Assembly: GCF_004010195.1 (NCBI RefSeq)
Contig: NC_057719.1
Coordinates: forward strand, 73,692,969-73,756,968
Direction of reading: 5' to 3'
DNA from: Chiloscyllium plagiosum
Lineage: Eukaryota
Length of the DNA: 64,000 nt
Shown here: piece by piece, positions 13,001-25,564 of the stretch
Numbering within the stretch: the first letter of the stretch is position 1
Layout: every line of letters starts with the position of its first letter
Translations under genes and position numbers: made by a program
The notes under the pieces: generated by a model
Told to the model about the DNA's origin: nothing
The model's input: only the letters and a program-made list of their open reading frames with translations
Database searches by the model: none

Positions 13001-13580
13001 ACATAGAGTCATAGAGATGTACAGCATGGAAACAGACCTTTCGGTCCAACCCATCGATGCCAACCAGATATCCCAACCCATATGGAGTTTGCACGTTCTC
13101 CCCGTGTCTGCGTGGGTTTCCTCCAGGTGCTCCGGAGGAAACCCACTGTCCAAAGATGTGCAGGTCAGGTGAATTGGCCATGCTAAATTGCCCGTAGTGT
13201 TAGGTAAGGGGTAAATGTAGGGGTATGGGTGGGTTACGCTTCGGCGGGTCGGTGTGGACTTGTTGGGCCGAAGGGCCTGTTTCCACACTGTAATGTAATC
13301 TAATCTAATCTAATTCCACCTGCCAGCACCCGGACCATATCCCTCCAAACCCTTCCTATTCATATACCCATCCAAATGCCTCTTAAATGTACCAGCCTCC
13401 ACAACATCCTCTGGCAGCTCATTCCATACACGTACCATCCTCTGTGTGAAAAAGTTGCCCCTTAGGTCTCTTTTATATCTTTCCCCTCTCACCCTAAATC
13501 TATGCCCACTAGTCCTGGACTCCCCAACCCCAGGGAAAAGACATTGTCTATTTACCCTATCCATGCCCCTCATGATTTTG
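13001..13580 (-). mobile_element. CR1/HER1 3' end split by nested SINE
   Basis: ORF 13310-13573 MRGMDRVNRQCLFP...RGNFFTQRMVRVWNELP...FKRHLD. Confidence 0.92.
13082..13313 (+). mobile_element. 5'-truncated HE1-type SINE nested in CR1
   Basis: tggagtttgcacgttctccccg...ccacactgtaatgtaatctaatctaatcta. Confidence 0.9.
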
Positions 13581-13626
13581 TAATGAAGCCACCTTGGTTT
13601 CTATTTGCTTGTATTTGTTCTACCCC

Positions 13627-13916
13627 ACTTTTCAATCTAAATAATATAACAATTTGCCTGTCACTCTTCTAATGCTTTCCAAATTAATTTTTTTAGCTGC
13701 ATATTAGTGTATTTGCTAACTCTCCTCAAATTTATTTTAATATACATGATTGTAATTTATCCAGATCAAGGACTTTTCAATCTAAATAATATAACAATTT
13801 GCCTGTCACTCTTCTAATGCTTTTCAAATTAATTTTTTTAACTGCATATTAGTGTATCTGCTAACTCTCCTCAAATTTATTTTAATATACATGATTGTAA
13901 TTCATCCAGATCAAGG
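13627..13916. repeat. Tandem duplication, 2 x 145 bp, inside an old minus-strand CR1 remnant
   Basis: acttttcaatctaaat...ccagatcaagg at 13627-13771 and 13772-13916 with few differences. Confidence 0.92.
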
Positions 13917-16138
13917 TTTTTATCTTCTTTAAGTTTGACTAGTTTATCACTTATTGTCTTATTTTCTGTAGTCAATGTCTTCATATCTTTTTTGATATGT
14001 TCTAATGTCCAGTAAATGTGACAGTAAAGTAACTGCTTACTACTTCTGCAATTTTGTATCATTGACTGTGATTTTATCTTGCGTGTTATGACCTTAACTC
14101 TCCTGATTTTTCTTTTGTTACTTATGTGGAATAATATACTGATAATCTTATAGCTCTTTGCTTTCCTGTTTACATTTTGATTTTGCTCCAAACATTAGCC
14201 TTTTCTTAATTTGACCCTCCTCTATTTATCCGACCATGGTTTTTCAAGATCATTGAGTTCTGTTTTAAGCAGAATGTAATTTTTTGGAACTCTATTAATC
14301 GCCATTTTTACTGTTGTCTATCTGCACGCCAACCTTTATTTCCGGTTGGACTCTCAACATTTGGATCAACTGAGTCAATTGCAGTTTTCAAGATTGCAAT
14401 AGATTTTTTGTTGGATAAGGGGTAAGAAGAAATTGAAAGCAAAGGTGGGCAAATTGAAATGAATCTAATTAAATGGATAGAATTGGCTTAAAGGTCTGAA
14501 TTTTCTACTTTTCCTACGTTCCTTCCCTGAATGTAGCACTAAATAATTACATGATAATTTGAATGGCAATTTACACAATTAATTCATAAAGCAGCCAACA
14601 ATCTTTTTTAATCACCTCATTGATATTGTCAGAATTAATTTCTTTTTTCCTTTGTTGACTGTTATTCCTTGAACCAGTTAAATGTTTTTGAAATCTGTGT
14701 ACAGTTTCACAAGAGAGGTATGATGGCATGCCATGTTTATTTGAATAGTTGGGGAATTGTAAAATCCATACTGGGGTGGGGGGGAATAACATTGTAATAA
14801 AACAAACATGGCCCCCACAGAAAACAAAAGAAAGGACTGTTGTCATTAAATATAACTGCAATGACAGGTAGAGGAATGCATGGGAGCTAGTGAAGTTGTT
14901 TTATACATTCATATTTTCTGTCAAACTATATTTGACAAAGATGCAACAATGGACAGCTTCATATGGTGTTTTTTGTGGAAACTCCATACAACCAATACTC
15001 CTTTTTTTAAATCTGTAAGATGATGAGATATAGGAGTAGAAGTAGGCCATTCAGCCCATTGAGTCTCGTCTGCCATTCAACGAGATCATGACTGACCTGT
15101 TAATCTTCAACTCCATCTGAGCCCTGTGACCGTCTCATCTCTGCTAATGATCTCACATTCTTTATTGACACAAAATGATATCAAGTGTTTTGCAGTTTCA
15201 TCCAATGAAATTCTACCTCTGACTGAGTCTTAGGTTGGGTGGTGAGGTTTTTGAACCTAGTGGAAAGTTATCATTAAATGACTTTTTCTCACTTTTCTTT
15301 TGACACATCTATCTGTCACCATCGGGTTCTTTGCCTCTGTATGGTTTATCTTGAGCTTGAAAATACGAGAGGTTGGAATAAAGTCAAAAGGAGCTGTGGA
15401 AGGGGGTGGAGGGGCAAAGCCTGGATTGGGGAGTATGAAGAGCTATGAATTTGGAGATGTGGCTTACCTTGGCATCAGGGAGTGTGAGGGGCCATGGATG
15501 CTGTGAGGAGCAGTGTACATTGATGTGGGGTTTTGTTAGGGGGCATAACTAGGCATGAAGAGGTTGTTTATCATTTACCTTCCTAATGGTTTCCGCATCT
15601 AGACTCTCATGTGTCATGAAGCATACCCTGTTAAAGACCTGGACTGACTCCATGAAATAATTGGGATTAGCTGGGTGCAAGCTCACAAGCTGATCCAGAC
15701 AACATTCTGAAAGCCCAGGAACATGGTTGGGAATCTGCATCCCATCCCCGGATTTGACCACCGTTTTTATATAGCTCCTAAATCACCCCGACTCAACGCA
15801 AATCCAAACCAACATCTCAGATTGATGAAAGGTCATCGAACTGAAATGTTAACTCTCTTTCTGTGTCTATAAATTCTTCTCATCAGGTGAATGTTTGAAG
15901 CATTTTCCATTTTTATTAAAGTTGTATGCCACATTTACATGATATCAGATCAGATCTGATCTGAAACGTCTCACGTATTGAGACATATAACAAACTCCAT
16001 GGAAAATTTTTACTTAAGCCATTGATTTATTAGTCAGTCACCTTGATGTAGTGGATCCTTCATTCCCTATTGTTCAAAGGCACATTTTGCAATGGAGAAT
16101 TGAAGATGTCTGAGTCAACTGTTTTTTGTTGCAAACAG

Positions 16139-16357
16139 ATATTAGAAAATCAAGTGGACATGCGAAAGAAAGAGGTGGAGGAGCTTCTTTCTCAGACCAG
16201 AATTCTCTCCCCAGAGGGACTGATGGAGACAGATGGGAAAGAACAAGATATTGAGAGAAGATTCTTACAGCTGATGGGTCCTCTGCAGGAACGGCGCCAA
16301 AAGCTCCACCTATCGAAGATGACCTACCAGTTTTACAGGGATCTGGAGGACGAGATT
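16139..16357 (+). CDS. SPTB: Beta-spectrin coding exon
   Basis: aaacag|ATA, ATT|gtaaga; ILENQVDMRKKEVEEL...YQFYRDLEDEI. Confidence 0.95.
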
Positions 16358-16385
16358 GTAAGACTGATGTGTCTATTTTTCACTA

Positions 16386-16605
16386 GGACATAGTGAGGAT
16401 TGCAAATGCTGGAGAGTCAGAGCCAATAAAATGTGGAGCTGGAAAAAGCACAGCAGTTCAAGCAGCATCAGAGGAGCAGGAGAGTCAGTGTTTTGGGCAG
16501 GACCCTTCCAATAGTCCTGATGTCGGATTCTGTCCGAATCGTTCACTCTCCTGCTCCTCTGATGCTGCTTGACCTGCTGTGATTTTTCCAGCTCCACATT
16601 TTATC
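16386..16605. mobile_element. Fold-back Penelope-derived mini-insertion (family A)
   Basis: Inverted arms ataaaatgtggagctggaaaaa.../...tttttccagctccacattttat; degenerate TSD gtgtctatttttcac / gtgcctgttttttcac. Confidence 0.8.
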
Positions 16606-16705
16606 GTGCCTGTTTTTTCACAGCATGCAACTAAAATAATAAACTATGTTGAGATAGCAATGACCTTGTTTGTGAGAATTGATATCTTTTCCTGTTTTCA
16701 TTTAG

Positions 16706-16795
16706 CTTTGGGTGCAAGAACGAATGCCTTTAGCTACAAGTACTGACCATGGCCATAACCTCCAGACCGTCCACCTATTGATGAAGAAGAATAAG
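16706..16795 (+). CDS. SPTB: Beta-spectrin coding exon
   Basis: atttag|CTT, AAG|gtaagt; [30 protein letters not shown] (too short for ORF track). Confidence 0.95.
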
Positions 16796-16923
16796 GTAAG
16801 TGGTATTTGTTTCCTCAGTCCTGGAAGAATATAGAAGTTCATGGTTCCAGAACATAAGCAAAACTTTAGAGGTTGGCCTGATTAAACCCATTACTGCCAT
16901 AAGACTTCCTTCTACTTCCACAG

Positions 16924-17202
16924 ACTTTGCAGAAGGAGATACAGGGACATCAGCCACGTATTGATGATGTGTTGGAAAGAGGGGAGGCAATGATTGTGGA
17001 ACAAAGGCCTGACTCGGTTGCTATCGAGGAACAGTTGAAAGAGTTAAAGGAATTATGGAACAAACTGCAAGAAGAAGCAGAGAAAAGACAAAAACGCCTG
17101 GAAGGTGCAAATGAAGCCCAGCAATATTACCTGGATGCTGCAGAAGCTGAAATTTGGATGAGTGAGCAAGAGCTATATATGATTGCTGATGAGAAAACCA
17201 AG
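16924..17202 (+). CDS. SPTB: Beta-spectrin coding exon
   Basis: ccacag|ACT, AAG|gtaaaa; TLQKEIQGHQPRIDDV...AQQYYLDAAEAEIWMSEQELYMIADEKTK. Confidence 0.95.
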
Positions 17203-18249
17203 GTAAAACTTAATTCTACATGTATTGTATGATTTTACTGTTCCATATCAAATATCCTGGAGTGCGTATGTTAGAAAGTTAATAAGATAATTTATTTGTA
17301 TCCTTGGACAAATGATTTCCAACATAAACAAGATGCTTTGAAATATCATTGGAAGGAAACTTTAGCTCGTTTCTGCTTTTAGTGACTGTGCTGAATATGA
17401 GAATGTCTTGTACAAGATAATGGCTGGCTCTGGTGATTCGAGTTGAGAGTGTGGTACTGGAAAGGCACAGCAGGTCAGGTGGCAGATTTGTATGTTTAAG
17501 GTTTGTAGAAAGATTTATTAAATACAATCTTGAGAAATCAAAATTAACAAAGCCTATAATTCACAGGATTTAGGGACAGGTCAGCCAGGCTGGCTTGTTT
17601 CAGGGAAGTAACTTTGAAGTAAGCAACTACAACTTTTCACATGGATTAATGCTGTCAAGGAATTCAGGAGTGGGTATTTCATGAACTCTTATCTTTGACT
17701 TGTATCATTGATGTAAGCAAAGTATGATGCATAAAGGAGCATGGTTTACAATTGTTCTTCAGAAGCTTTGAAAAATAGAACAAAATATTGAAAGTCAGTC
17801 TTGCTTAAATTTTTGTACAGAGAAATAGCTGTCCACTGGCACAAAAGTACCCAACCCAGCTCCCCTATTTATTGCTGGGGCGGCGAGTGGGAGGGGGCAC
17901 GCGATTAAGGTGTGGTGCCCTTAAATTGTACACACTTTGTTCCCAAAGACAGCTGTCTGATAAATTGATCATTGCTTCCACTGACGTGATCCCAGTGAGG
18001 TCGATGTTTCAAACCTTAATTTTGCACATTAATTCTGCTCTGACCATATCTAAAGTTTGTGAATTCCTTTAGATTGCCAGGGTAACTTCTTGGAGAGATA
18101 AGAGATTCCCTTTGCATATGACTCTGGCTGACCTTTGGCAGAAATCAGACACACATTGGGATTGTTTAAAGCAAATACGATGTCCATAAATGGTGTACAA
18201 ACTTTTTGGAACTTCCAAAGTTTGCCAAAAAGTCAAAGAATGGTCAAAT

Positions 18250-20105
18250 TCACCGTATCTGAATGTCTGGAGTATCATAAATAAGATTAAGGAGTCACAG
18301 GTACATGTTGCTCTCTGGTAACATGATGTTGTGGCGATGAGAGGGATCTGGCTCAAGAAAGGGCAGGAGTGGCTGTTAAATTTTCCTGAATACAAGGTGT
18401 TCAGAAAAGGAAGGAAAGGTGGACAAGTGGCAGTATTGGTTTCAGGAAAGCATTGCAGTGCTGAAGAAAGAGGATGTCTTGGAGGATTCAAGGACAGAAA
18501 TAGTTGGGCTAATAAAACAGATACAATATCATTGCTCAATATAGTCTGTAGGCTACCAACTAGTAAAAAATATAGGGTAATAAGTCTTCAAGGTAAACAT
18601 AGAAACATAGAAAATATAATCAGGGCAAGCCATTTGAGCCCTTTGAGTCTACAGCAGGATTCAGTACAATCATAGCTGATCATCCAACTGAGTATGCTGC
18701 TCCTGTTTTCTCCCCACACCCTTTCATCTCCTTTCGCTCTCAGAACTATATCTAACTCCTTCTTGGAAACGTTCAATATTTTTGGCCTCAGCTGCTTTCT
18801 GCGACAAGGTATTCCATGGACTCACACTATCTGAGTAAAAAAAAATTCTTCTCATTTCAGTCCCAAATGGCCTACTGCATATCCTTAAACTGTGACCCCT
18901 CGTTGTGGACTGCCGATCATTGGGAACATCCTTCCTGTGTTTACCCTGTGTTTTTGTATGTTTCTATGAGAATTTACTTCCCTACGACCCCACATTTCCT
19001 CGCAACTCCAGAGAATAGTCCTAACTGATCCAATCTCTCTTCCCATGTCAGTCCTGCCATCCGAGGAATCAGTTTGGTAAACCTTTATTGCATTCCCCTA
19101 TGGCCAGAATATCCTTCCTCAGAACAGACCAAAACTACAGACAATACTTAAGGCGTTGTCTCACAAAGCTCTGTACTCTTGCTCCTGCTTCTTGCTCCTG
19201 CACTCAAATCCTCTCACTATGAAGGCCAGTGTACCATTTGCCGTCACTGCTTCCTGCACCTTCATGCTTACTTTCAGCGACTGGTGTAGAAGAACACCCA
19301 GCTCTTGTTGCACCTCCTCTCTCCCAGTCTCTTCCCATTCTGATGACAATCTGCATGCTGGTTTTTGCTACCATTTATCTACATTATACTTCATCTGCCA
19401 TGCAAACTCATGCATTTGCCCGCTCAGAGAAAGTGGGGGTATATGTACACAGATCACTGAAGGTTACAGGACAGGTTGTGAGAGCAATTGATAAAGGTTA
19501 CAGTATCCTGGGCTTTATTAATAGGGATATAGCGTACAAGAGCAAGGAGGTGATGCTGAAGTTGGATGTGGCACTTGTTAGATCTGAACTGAAATATTGT
19601 ACATTTTTGGGTGCCACATAATAGGAAGGATGTGTATGTATTGGAGACGGTGCAGAAGCAGTTTACAAGAATGGTTGCAGGACTGAGACATTTCAGTTGA
19701 GGATAGATTAAAGCAGTTTTCCTTTAGAGAAGAAGTCTAAGAAGAGATCTGATGAACCTTTTCAAAATCATGAGCAAACTAGATGGAGTAGATTGGGAGG
19801 ACTGTTCCTGATTATAAAAAGCTCAAGCACCAGAGGGCATAGATTTAAAGTGATTTGCAAAAGAAAAACTGCGAATTGGAAGAGAAAACCTTTTCACGCA
19901 GTTAGGATATGGAATGCTCTGCTTGTGGTAGAGGCAGTTTCAATTGAGACAATACAGAGGCCTTGGATGATTAATTGGATAGAAATAGTGTGCAAGGGTT
20001 GGGAGATTGGCAAGAGATAATGATGCTCGGTTGAAGACCTGTTACGGACACAACGGACCGAATGGCCTCCACTCCGCCTTAGTACTTCTGCAACTCTATG
20101 ATCTC
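18250..20105. mobile_element. CR1 nest: + strand endonuclease and 3' parts (about 18250-18595, 19420-20105) split by a minus-strand CR1 (about 18596-19415)
   Basis: KVFRK.RKGG.VAVLV; aaacatagaaacatag tail; ANGTLAFIVRGFE (-); ILGFINRDIAYKSKEVMLKL...LVR..L.YC (+). Confidence 0.82.
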
Positions 20106-22849
20106 ACAAAAACGTATTGTATCTGTCGAGGTATTTGGCTTTAAACATAAAACAGTGTTTCCTTTAAAGATCAATAGTTGCTATCTTGGCCTATCTGTTG
20201 AAATAAGTTTGATGATTATCATTATAGGGTTTGATTGCTTGAATGATTTTACAACTGAACTCTAATGGTGAGGGGGTGGAGGAAAGAGACCGTGTTAAAT
20301 GATTGTTTTGATGAACAGCTGGAATTGATTATAGAATAGGAATGTTTTCATAAGTGATTAGTTGATGGAATTTTAATACATGGAATGTTTTCTTTGTTAC
20401 CAGTGAGTGTTTTTTTTAAAATAGTGACATTATCACCAAATACACATTCATTTTATGTCGGCATGACACCTCAGGTCTGCTCTTTACAGATCCTGAATGA
20501 GTCGGGGTAAGTGCAAATGGCAGGAGGTGGGGGACACAGTTTGGCATGAATTGAAACTACGTTTGTACAGGGACTACAAAAGCTCAGGGAGATGGGTGGC
20601 TACGGTGTAGGAGATATAAGGAACAATGGAGATTGGTTAAAGGCACAAAGGGTGTTGTATTAAATGTTTGTTGCATTCTTCACTCCTATGTGACCCATAT
20701 CTCTGCCTCATGTTGGAGGAGCTAACATAATTTGATAGTGGCAGATCATCATTATATCTCGTTACATCACGACATGGTCCAAGCTGCTAATGCAAAGCTT
20801 AACCATAAGTAAAACTAGCTGCTAGACAAATAAAATCCAAATGAGCTGATCTGGGTGACTCCCATTGGAACTAGCAAAAATAAAAGTGAAAGGAAACTGT
20901 CAAGTTGGTTCCAAATACTCATTGCATAAGGAAGCATCTTAAGTTCCCAGTGTATCTCTGCCTCCAAACCCCTCCCCAACTCCATCCCAAGCAATGTTAT
21001 ATTCTGGGAGGGACAAGCTAAAACAGATTGTGTTATGGAAGCTAAAGACATTTCTCTGGTCAGCTTCCTCGATCTTTTTCCAGACACTTTATACTGCAAA
21101 TCATGTGAGAGGACCAAAGCTACTAGTATTGAAAGATCTTAAAACACACTGCAGAGCAATATTCTCATTGACTTCCCAACACCATTACGTCATAGTTTCA
21201 CACCCAGAAAAAATACCCTGCCGTCTCAATTGGTTCTTTCCAGTTCTTTGCTGTGAACTGTGAAGTCTTCTAACATGAAAACTCAGAAGATTGAAGGCTT
21301 ATATTTTCTCAGGGTTATGAAAATCTACAGGTTTCTAACCAATTACTCCTGTTGAAATTACTCAAACTAACTTTCTACTAAGGTAACTTATTCCTTAAAA
21401 TGTTCTATACTGCTTCTCAAAAACTTTCAATCTAAGGATTGAAAAGCGAGTGTGCCTCAACGTTTACACTTCCAACCATGAAATTAGAAACAACTAGATG
21501 AAGCTGAAACCGTAGAAGAAAGGGAAAGCTCATCTTTACCACCAGTAAAGCTAACTAAAGCAGCACTCAGTGCAGATTGTACAGCTCTGAAGGAGGCCTC
21601 TATTTATCTTCCTGACAACAACTGACTTAAGCTTTAAAAAAGCAGTGCACACCAGTCATTGATTGACTAGCGACAGCCCCTCTCAGAGCTTATATACAGT
21701 ACTCCCAATTTAAGGCTGCAATATAACTGAACCTCTTAACTTAATTGCTAAATAGTTAATTGTTAAATTAAAGAAAATTCTGGACTCAAGATAAAAATGA
21801 CCCTTCAAGACTTTCACCAACTCCCAGGCCTTTGCATTGCTATATAAGTAGTGAAATCCATCAAGGGGAGGTTGTCCCCCTACCTTATGTTCTATACACC
21901 ACAGTAGCATACAGGGTAATAGTTGTAGCGGTAAGACAGAATTAAGACAAACAGTCGCTGGCTCCAGTAGTAGACTGCTTTGTCTCACTGAAAAGAGCAG
22001 GAACGCAATTTACTTGGCAACGCATTTTTTTTTAGAAGGCCTCAATAAATCAGTAAAGAACTGGCAAGAGTTCACAAACTAATAAAGCACACACAAACAC
22101 CTGACTACCAAGTTAAGCTTCACTGAGAAATGTGTAAGAAGTTCTAATATAAATAGCTGACAAAATTCTGTATGGGTGACCTCCAAAAATTACGCACTAC
22201 CGATTGCACATTAGATCTTCGCAACTTCCAGAAAAATGTATTTCATAGTTTATATCTGAAATGGGAGCTGTTGTATTCAGAGTTAATATTAATGCGACTT
22301 TGTTGTAGTCTGAAGAGTAGATTTAAACCTGATAAATTGTGTCTTAGCTAATGAAACCTAACATTCGAGGAGATAACTAAACTAACCTATTTTTAAATGA
22401 CCTGGCAGTTTGCTTGCATGTTTGCGTTTGCTTCAAACTTGGAAATATGAAATTGTCATAATTCCTCTATTAATTTTGTCCTTTAGAGTGACAGACAAAT
22501 CCAAATGGACAAAGCTGGCCCTCCAATGGAGCACTGCATTTTCATGAGTCATTCAGTCTAATAGGCTAGCTAGGAAGCATGGATGTGTGTCCTTCTTAAA
22601 ATCCTGTTGGGGTGACCAGACCAAGTTGTTTCTGCATTGACATTTTATACACTATGCTTTATTAGGTTCAACTATAAATTGCTTTTAGAAAAGAGTGTCC
22701 TGTCCTAACTTACCAAGTCAGAGGGGCTTGAAGAGGCTTTGAGTGATATCTGGTGGTTTGAATGTACTTTTCCAAGATTGCAATTTCCCATAAGATATCA
22801 ACCTTTCAGGCTACTGCCCCTCTCTAATTGTCTATAAGAAGTTGGTGGA

Positions 22850-24600
22850 GAGACAGGTCTTCAGTCACTGCAATCTATTTGGTATAAGTACACTCACAGA
22901 GCTGTGAAAGTGGTTTTCAGGCTTTTGATCCAGCATTGAGAAAGGAACTGTGATAAAGGTCAGGGTGGTGAGTGAATTGGAGGAAACTTGCGGGTGGTGG
23001 TGCTAGCATGCACTCCCTGTCCATCCCCTCGCTGGTAAAGGTTGCAGATTTGGAAGGTTCTGTTGAAGGAACCTTGGTGAGTTGCTGCAGTGCCTTGTGC
23101 AGATGGTACACATTGCTGCCATTGTGTTTTGGTGATGGAGGGAGTGAATGTTGGAAGTGGTAGGTAGGTGGTCAGTTGTCCTAGATGGTTATATAACTTC
23201 TTATGTGTTATTGGAATTACATTGATCCAGTAGACAGTATTCTGTCACACTCCTGGTTTCTGCTTTGTGGTTAGTGGAAAGAATTTGGGGATTCAGGGAT
23301 TGAGTCAGTGTTCAGACTTTACACTTTCTGATTTGCTTTTGTAGTCACAGTATTTATAAAGCTGTCCCTTTTTTTTGGTCATTGGAGCTTTTCAGATTAT
23401 GATAGTGGGTAATTAAATGATGGTATTCCTTTGAATGTCCTGGGGAGATGGTTAGACACTCTCTTGTTGGAGATAGTTATTGTTTGGCACTTACGCAGTG
23501 CAAATGTTAATTGCCGCTTATCAATCCAAGCTCTGAACATTGTTCAGATCTTGCTGCATGCAGACAAGGTCTGCTTCACCATCTGTGAAGTTACAAATGA
23601 GAGTGAACACTGAATGAAATTAAAGTGCAATCATCAGCAAGTAATTGCCATTTGAATTCCCTGTCAATGACAGCTTTCATCATTTTGCTGTTGATAGAGA
23701 CTGTGCAGATGGGCTGTAATTAGCTGGAGTGGATTTCTCCTGATTTTTGATAGACTGGTCCTGTTTGGGCAAATTTCCATATTATCAAGTGGAGAATGTT
23801 GAAGCTGTAAGTGGCATAGCTAATTTTGGAATGCAGTTTTTCAATATGACAGCCAAATGTTGTCAGGGTACATAGCCGTTGCCATTTCCAGTTCACTCAG
23901 CCATTACTTGATATCATGTGATGTAAATTTAATCAGCAGAAGGCTTAAAGTCTGATATGGTGATATCTGGGATGGATCTTCCATTTTAAACTTTGGGCTG
24001 AACTGAATGCTTCATTTATTAGTTGTGAATGGTTGTGAATAATAAATTACTAAGATGTGGTAAGGCTGAAGAACTTCCATCTGAAGCATTGGTTCCGTGA
24101 TTGCTTGGCTCTGCTGGTAAATGTAGGGATAAGGCCGGCTGTGAAATTGGATTGTGTTGGAATACTATTCTGGTGCTGATTGCCCACTGCCTCTCTTGGA
24201 TGCTCTGCGCTAGGCCTGTACCATTCTGAGCCCATTCCAGTTTGCATGGTAGCAGGCCACACAACATGTTTGATGATGGGATTTTGACTCCACAAGGATT
24301 GTATGGTGGTCACTCCTATTAATACTGTTACAGTAAGATGCACCTTCTATGTAGAGATTCAGTGAAGTTGATTTTCCCTTGTATTGATGTTGTGAACACT
24401 TGCCAGTCACCCAGTCTGGCAGCTACATACCTTCAGGACCCAACCAGCTCATTTAATAGTAGCATTACTGAGCTCCTTTTAGTGATGAACACAAGACTCT
24501 GATCTAAGGAACACTCTGTGGCTCTCAATGTTTCTTTAAAATGATCCATGTTAAGGAGAATAAACTCACCAACTGAGGTAAAGTAGTGGGACATTTCTTT
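22850..24600 (-). mobile_element. Old LINE of the same family as 4480-5138
   Basis: 23450-23530 is the reverse complement of the 4900-4990 segment; heavily decayed. Confidence 0.6.
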
Positions 24601-24914
24601 GCCTATATTTGACCTATTGTTGTGAGACCTTGTTGTGATCTAGAGTCAACGGTAAGGCCATTCCCTCAACAGTGTACCATTTGGCTGCTATGCGATGTTG
24701 TGGGATAGTATGGGCCAAGAGGGATCTGGGATCTTGGATGATAGATGAAATTCTGATGAAATTAGGCTTCAGCTTGACTTCACGGAAGCAACTATCACAA
24801 TTTTAGCACAATTTTCCAAATGTTAATGAGAATGTCTTTGTGGGGTTGATTGGTATGTATATGGGTTGGTTGTTTTGTTTTTTTTCTATTCACCCTTGCT
24901 GTTACTTCAATACA

Positions 24915-25380
24915 ATTAGTGGCTTGCTGGGTCATTTCGGCAGTTTAGAGTAAACCACTTGCTGTGGTTCTGGAGTCGTATAAAGGCCAGCATTTCTTAG
25001 AGGACATTTGTGAAGCTGATGGTTTTTTTTTAAACATAATTTCGTAGGTCCATGGTCACCATTACTGATGGTAACTTGTTATTTCAGATTTATTTAATTA
25101 ACTAACTTCCAAAGAGATGGGATTTGATTCAAATGATGGGATTCGAACCCATTTTAGGCAGAAGTGGGTACGACAGATGCTGGAGATTAGAGTCAAGATT
25201 AGAGTGGTGCTGGAAAAGCACAGCAGGTCAGACGGCATCTGAAGAGCAGCAAAATTGATGTTTCCTGCTCCTGGGACACTGCCTGACCTGCTGTGCTTTT
25301 CCAGCACCACTCTAATCTTGACTTTGAACCCATGTTGTTGGATCATTGACCCAGGTTCATTCCTCTAATAACATAATCAC
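24915..25380 (-). mobile_element. Old tRNA-derived SINE (same family as 55195-55545), interrupted by fold-back element
   Basis: B-box-like tgggttcgaatccc on minus strand; shared gtgaccatg...aaaaaaacc and aaatg.c..agcaag.cact segments. Confidence 0.6.
25156..25322. mobile_element. Fold-back Penelope-derived mini-insertion (family A), centre deleted
   Basis: gtcaagattagagtggtgctggaaaagcacagcaggtcag / ctgacctgctgtgcttttccagcaccactctaatcttgac; flanks ttcgaacccat / tttgaacccat. Confidence 0.85.
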
Positions 25381-25433
25381 AAAGCGCCTGTTCTTGGTAT
25401 GTACACTGACCAACATTCCTCTGGGTTCTGTAG

Positions 25434-25564
25434 GATGAAGCTGGCGCAACTACAATGTTGAAGAAACACCTGATCCTGCAACAGGCCGTACTTGATTATG
25501 GGAACATTATCCGGGAGCTGGCTGACAGGGCCCAGAAACTTCTTACTGAAGAGCACCCTGAGGG
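25434..25564 (+). CDS. SPTB: Beta-spectrin coding exon
   Basis: ctgtag|GAT, GG|gtgagt (phase 2); [44 protein letters not shown]. Confidence 0.94.
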
